Assembly: GCA_964561135.1 (NCBI GenBank) | Contig: CAZLOB010000022.1 | Location: 5,718-69,717, forward strand | DNA from: an uncultured Elusimicrobia bacterium | Lineage (GTDB): Bacteria > Elusimicrobiota > Endomicrobiia > DTEH01 | Length of the DNA: 64,000 bases | Direction of reading: 5' to 3' | Part shown: positions 62,336 through 64,000 of the stretch, piece by piece | Layout: every line of letters begins with the position of its first letter | How positions within the stretch are numbered: position 1 is the first letter of the stretch | The notes under the pieces: generated by a model | Told to the model about the DNA's origin: nothing | Database searches by the model: none | What the model saw: the letters and a program-made list of their open reading frames with translations, nothing else | Program-made: the position numbers and the translations under genes

Positions 62336-63000
62336 TTTTTATCCAATGGATCAACAAGCCCTGCTTTTTTAAACCCCATTTTACGAAACCTGCAAGAGTC
62401 ACAACTTCCACAAGGTCTTTTTGCACCTTTATAACAACTCCATGTGTTTTGCAAAGGGACACCAAGTTTTACTGCTAATTTAACAATTTCTTCTTTTGTC
62501 AAATTGATAAGTGGAGCAACAATTTTTATTTTTTTACCACTTACACCCTTCTTTGTTCCAACATTTATCATTTTTTGGAAAGCGTCAACAAACTCTTGCC
62601 TACAGTCAGGATATCCAGAAAAATCAATTTGGTTTGCTCCAAAAAAAATGTAATTAGCATCTATTACTTCTGCCAAAGATGTTGCAAACGATAAAAATAT
62701 TATATTTCTTGCAGGAACATAAGTTAACGGGATTACATTTTTGTGTTTGCTTTTAGTCAACTTAAGTTTTTTATTAATTAACGAACTACCTTTCCAAGGT
62801 AGACCAAATTTTACAACATAGTATTTCAACCCTAAACTTTTAGCAATTTTTTTTGCACAATAAATTTCTTTTTTATGTCTTTGTCCATAGTCAAATATAA
62901 GGCACACAGGCTTATATCCTTGCTTAATTACATAATAAAGAGTGGTAGTAGAATCTAACCCGCCAGAAAGTAAAACAACACATTTTTTATTCTTCTTCAT
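62332..63000 (-). CDS. queC: 7-cyano-7-deazaguanine synthase
   Basis: PP-loop SGGLDS, C-terminal zinc Cys cluster (CGSCDSC). Confidence 0.9.
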   Translation of the reverse strand: MKKNKKCVVLLSGGLDSTTTLYYVIKQGYKPVCLIFDYGQRHKKEIYCAKKIAKSLGLKYYVVKFGLPWKGSSLINKKLKLTKSKHKNVIPLTYVPARNIIFLSFATSLAEVIDANYIFFGANQIDFSGYPDCRQEFVDAFQKMINVGTKKGVSGKKIKIVAPLINLTKEEIVKLAVKLGVPLQNTWSCYKGAKRPCGSCDSCRFRKMGFKKAGLVDPLDKK

Positions 63001-63373
63001 AACTCGCGTACTGGGTTGGTGTTTCCCACACGATAACCTTTATTTTTTGTATATTTTTATATTTTAAAAGTTTCTCTTTTAATTTTTCGTATATAAACTT
63101 TGCAATATTTTCTGCAGTTGGTTGATTATTTTTAAAAAATGGAAGGTTGTTTAAATATTTATGGTCTAACTGGTATAAAATTTTGTTCAAAACTTTTTTT
63201 AATTTCACAAAATCTATTACCATTTGTTGAGTGTTTAACTTTGTAGATGAAACGATAACCCCTACTTTCCAATTATGTCCATGTAGATTCTCACATTTAC
63301 CTTTATATAATTTCAAATGATGTGCAGCAGAAAAACTGTTTTCTACATATACTTCAAATTTATTCACTTTCAT
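62987..63373 (-). CDS. queD: 6-carboxy-5,6,7,8-tetrahydropterin synthase
   Basis: PTPS fold, 128 aa, HGHNWKV zinc-binding motif. Confidence 0.88.
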   Translation of the reverse strand: MKVNKFEVYVENSFSAAHHLKLYKGKCENLHGHNWKVGVIVSSTKLNTQQMVIDFVKLKKVLNKILYQLDHKYLNNLPFFKNNQPTAENIAKFIYEKLKEKLLKYKNIQKIKVIVWETPTQYASYEEE

Positions 63374-64000
63374 TCAATTTTAACTTTTTTAACATATTTT
63401 ATTTCTTGACCTAATAACAACGATCCTATTTTTTTAAAACTTTCAGGATTGTCAGAAACAAAAAATTTATATTTTGGTTTGTTATTCCTAAATTTACACA
63501 ATTTATTTTCTTCAAGAATTTTTTTAACTTCTTTTGCTGTTTCTAACGACGAATCCACAACAGTAACATTTTTACCAATTATATCTTGAATTATATTTTT
63601 TATTGCAGGATAATGAGTACAACCTAATACTAAAACATCAATACCAAAATTTTTTAAAGGTGCTAAATACTCAGCTGATAGTTGTCTTAAAATATTTTCA
63701 TGGTTTATTGTTTGATAATAGTCACTATTTATAAGTTGAAGTTTATCAATCCATCCTTCTTCTATTAAAGGGACAAACAAAGGTGTTGGTTGGCAAAAAA
63801 TTTTTGCCTTATTACAAATTTTTTTAATCGCTTTTATATATGATTTGCTTTTTATAGTTGCTTTTGTACCGATTACTCCAATTTTATAATTTTTTGTGTA
63901 TTCAACAGCAGCCCTAGCACCAGGAGTGACAACTTCTACTATTTTGAGATTTTTAAACATTTTTTTTAACATTGGGATAGCATATGATGATGAAGTATTA
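63370..64000 (-). CDS. murI: glutamate racemase, 3' portion (N-terminus lies beyond the window end)
   Basis: Aligns to the C-terminal two-thirds of MurI (PGARAAV, IGVIGT, LVLGCTHYP). Frame stays open to position 64000, upstream residues read CNTSSS (ACNTAS motif). Confidence 0.85.
   Translation of the reverse strand, partial: NTSSSYAIPMLKKMFKNLKIVEVVTPGARAAVEYTKNYKIGVIGTKATIKSKSYIKAIKKICNKAKIFCQPTPLFVPLIEEGWIDKLQLINSDYYQTINHENILRQLSAEYLAPLKNFGIDVLVLGCTHYPAIKNIIQDIIGKNVTVVDSSLETAKEVKKILEENKLCKFRNNKPKYKFFVSDNPESFKKIGSLLLGQEIKYVKKVKIE

Overview
This is a gene-dense, AT-rich (roughly 30% GC) bacterial chromosomal segment, almost entirely housekeeping, with many overlapping or translationally coupled genes (ATGA/ATGx overlaps) typical of a streamlined genome. 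The organism cannot be assigned from sequence alone.

Plus strand, 1-50.6 kb, one long co-directional array:
- pstA (3' part), pstB, phoU, a CapA-like metallophosphatase, then frameshifted prfB.
- An aromatic amino-acid block: pheA, hisC-family aminotransferase, a half-size TSUP membrane protein, DAHP synthase, tyrA, aroA.
- ispH, an M23/LysM peptidase, rpmE, prfA, prmC, murA, hisD, hisB.
- An Ile/Val block: LeuA/CimA-family synthase, ilvD, a GT4 glycosyltransferase, ilvB.
- folD, an AcsD/CdhD-like TIM-barrel protein, scpB, a sugar-phosphate isomerase, galT, a 727-aa HEAT-repeat protein and a TlpA-like thioredoxin.
- After a short convergent pair on the minus strand (panC, trxA): comFC, miaB, mutS, a standalone PilZ, mutL, miaA, hflX, pgsA-like, plsY, gpsA, HU, a MerR regulator, a small membrane protein, tRNA-Gly (minus), purH, a hypothetical secreted protein, an IMPase, tRNA-Pro, radC, a small Cys-rich protein, an ACT-less aspartokinase, queH and aroD.

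Minus strand, 50.9-64 kb, a division/cell-wall cluster with a queuosine-precursor module embedded in it:
- murI (partial), queD, queC, queE, a DUF62 SAM hydrolase, rlmI, queF, murC, murB, ddl, ftsQ, ftsA, ftsZ, pilT, pgeF.

No prophage, IS element, CRISPR array or obvious defence island was found.

The most noteworthy observations:
1. The prfB recoding site uses CUU UAA C rather than the canonical CUU UGA C.
2. The aspartokinase catalytic domain has no ACT regulatory domains.
3. A DUF62 SAM hydrolase and rlmI sit inside a queDCE...queF module that is itself inserted into the dcw cluster.
4. pilT lies directly between ftsZ and pgeF.
5. A canonical PilZ is wedged between mutS and mutL.
6. An orphan corrinoid-protein small-subunit (AcsD-like) homolog lies next to folD.
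7. A large HEAT-repeat protein is coupled to galT.
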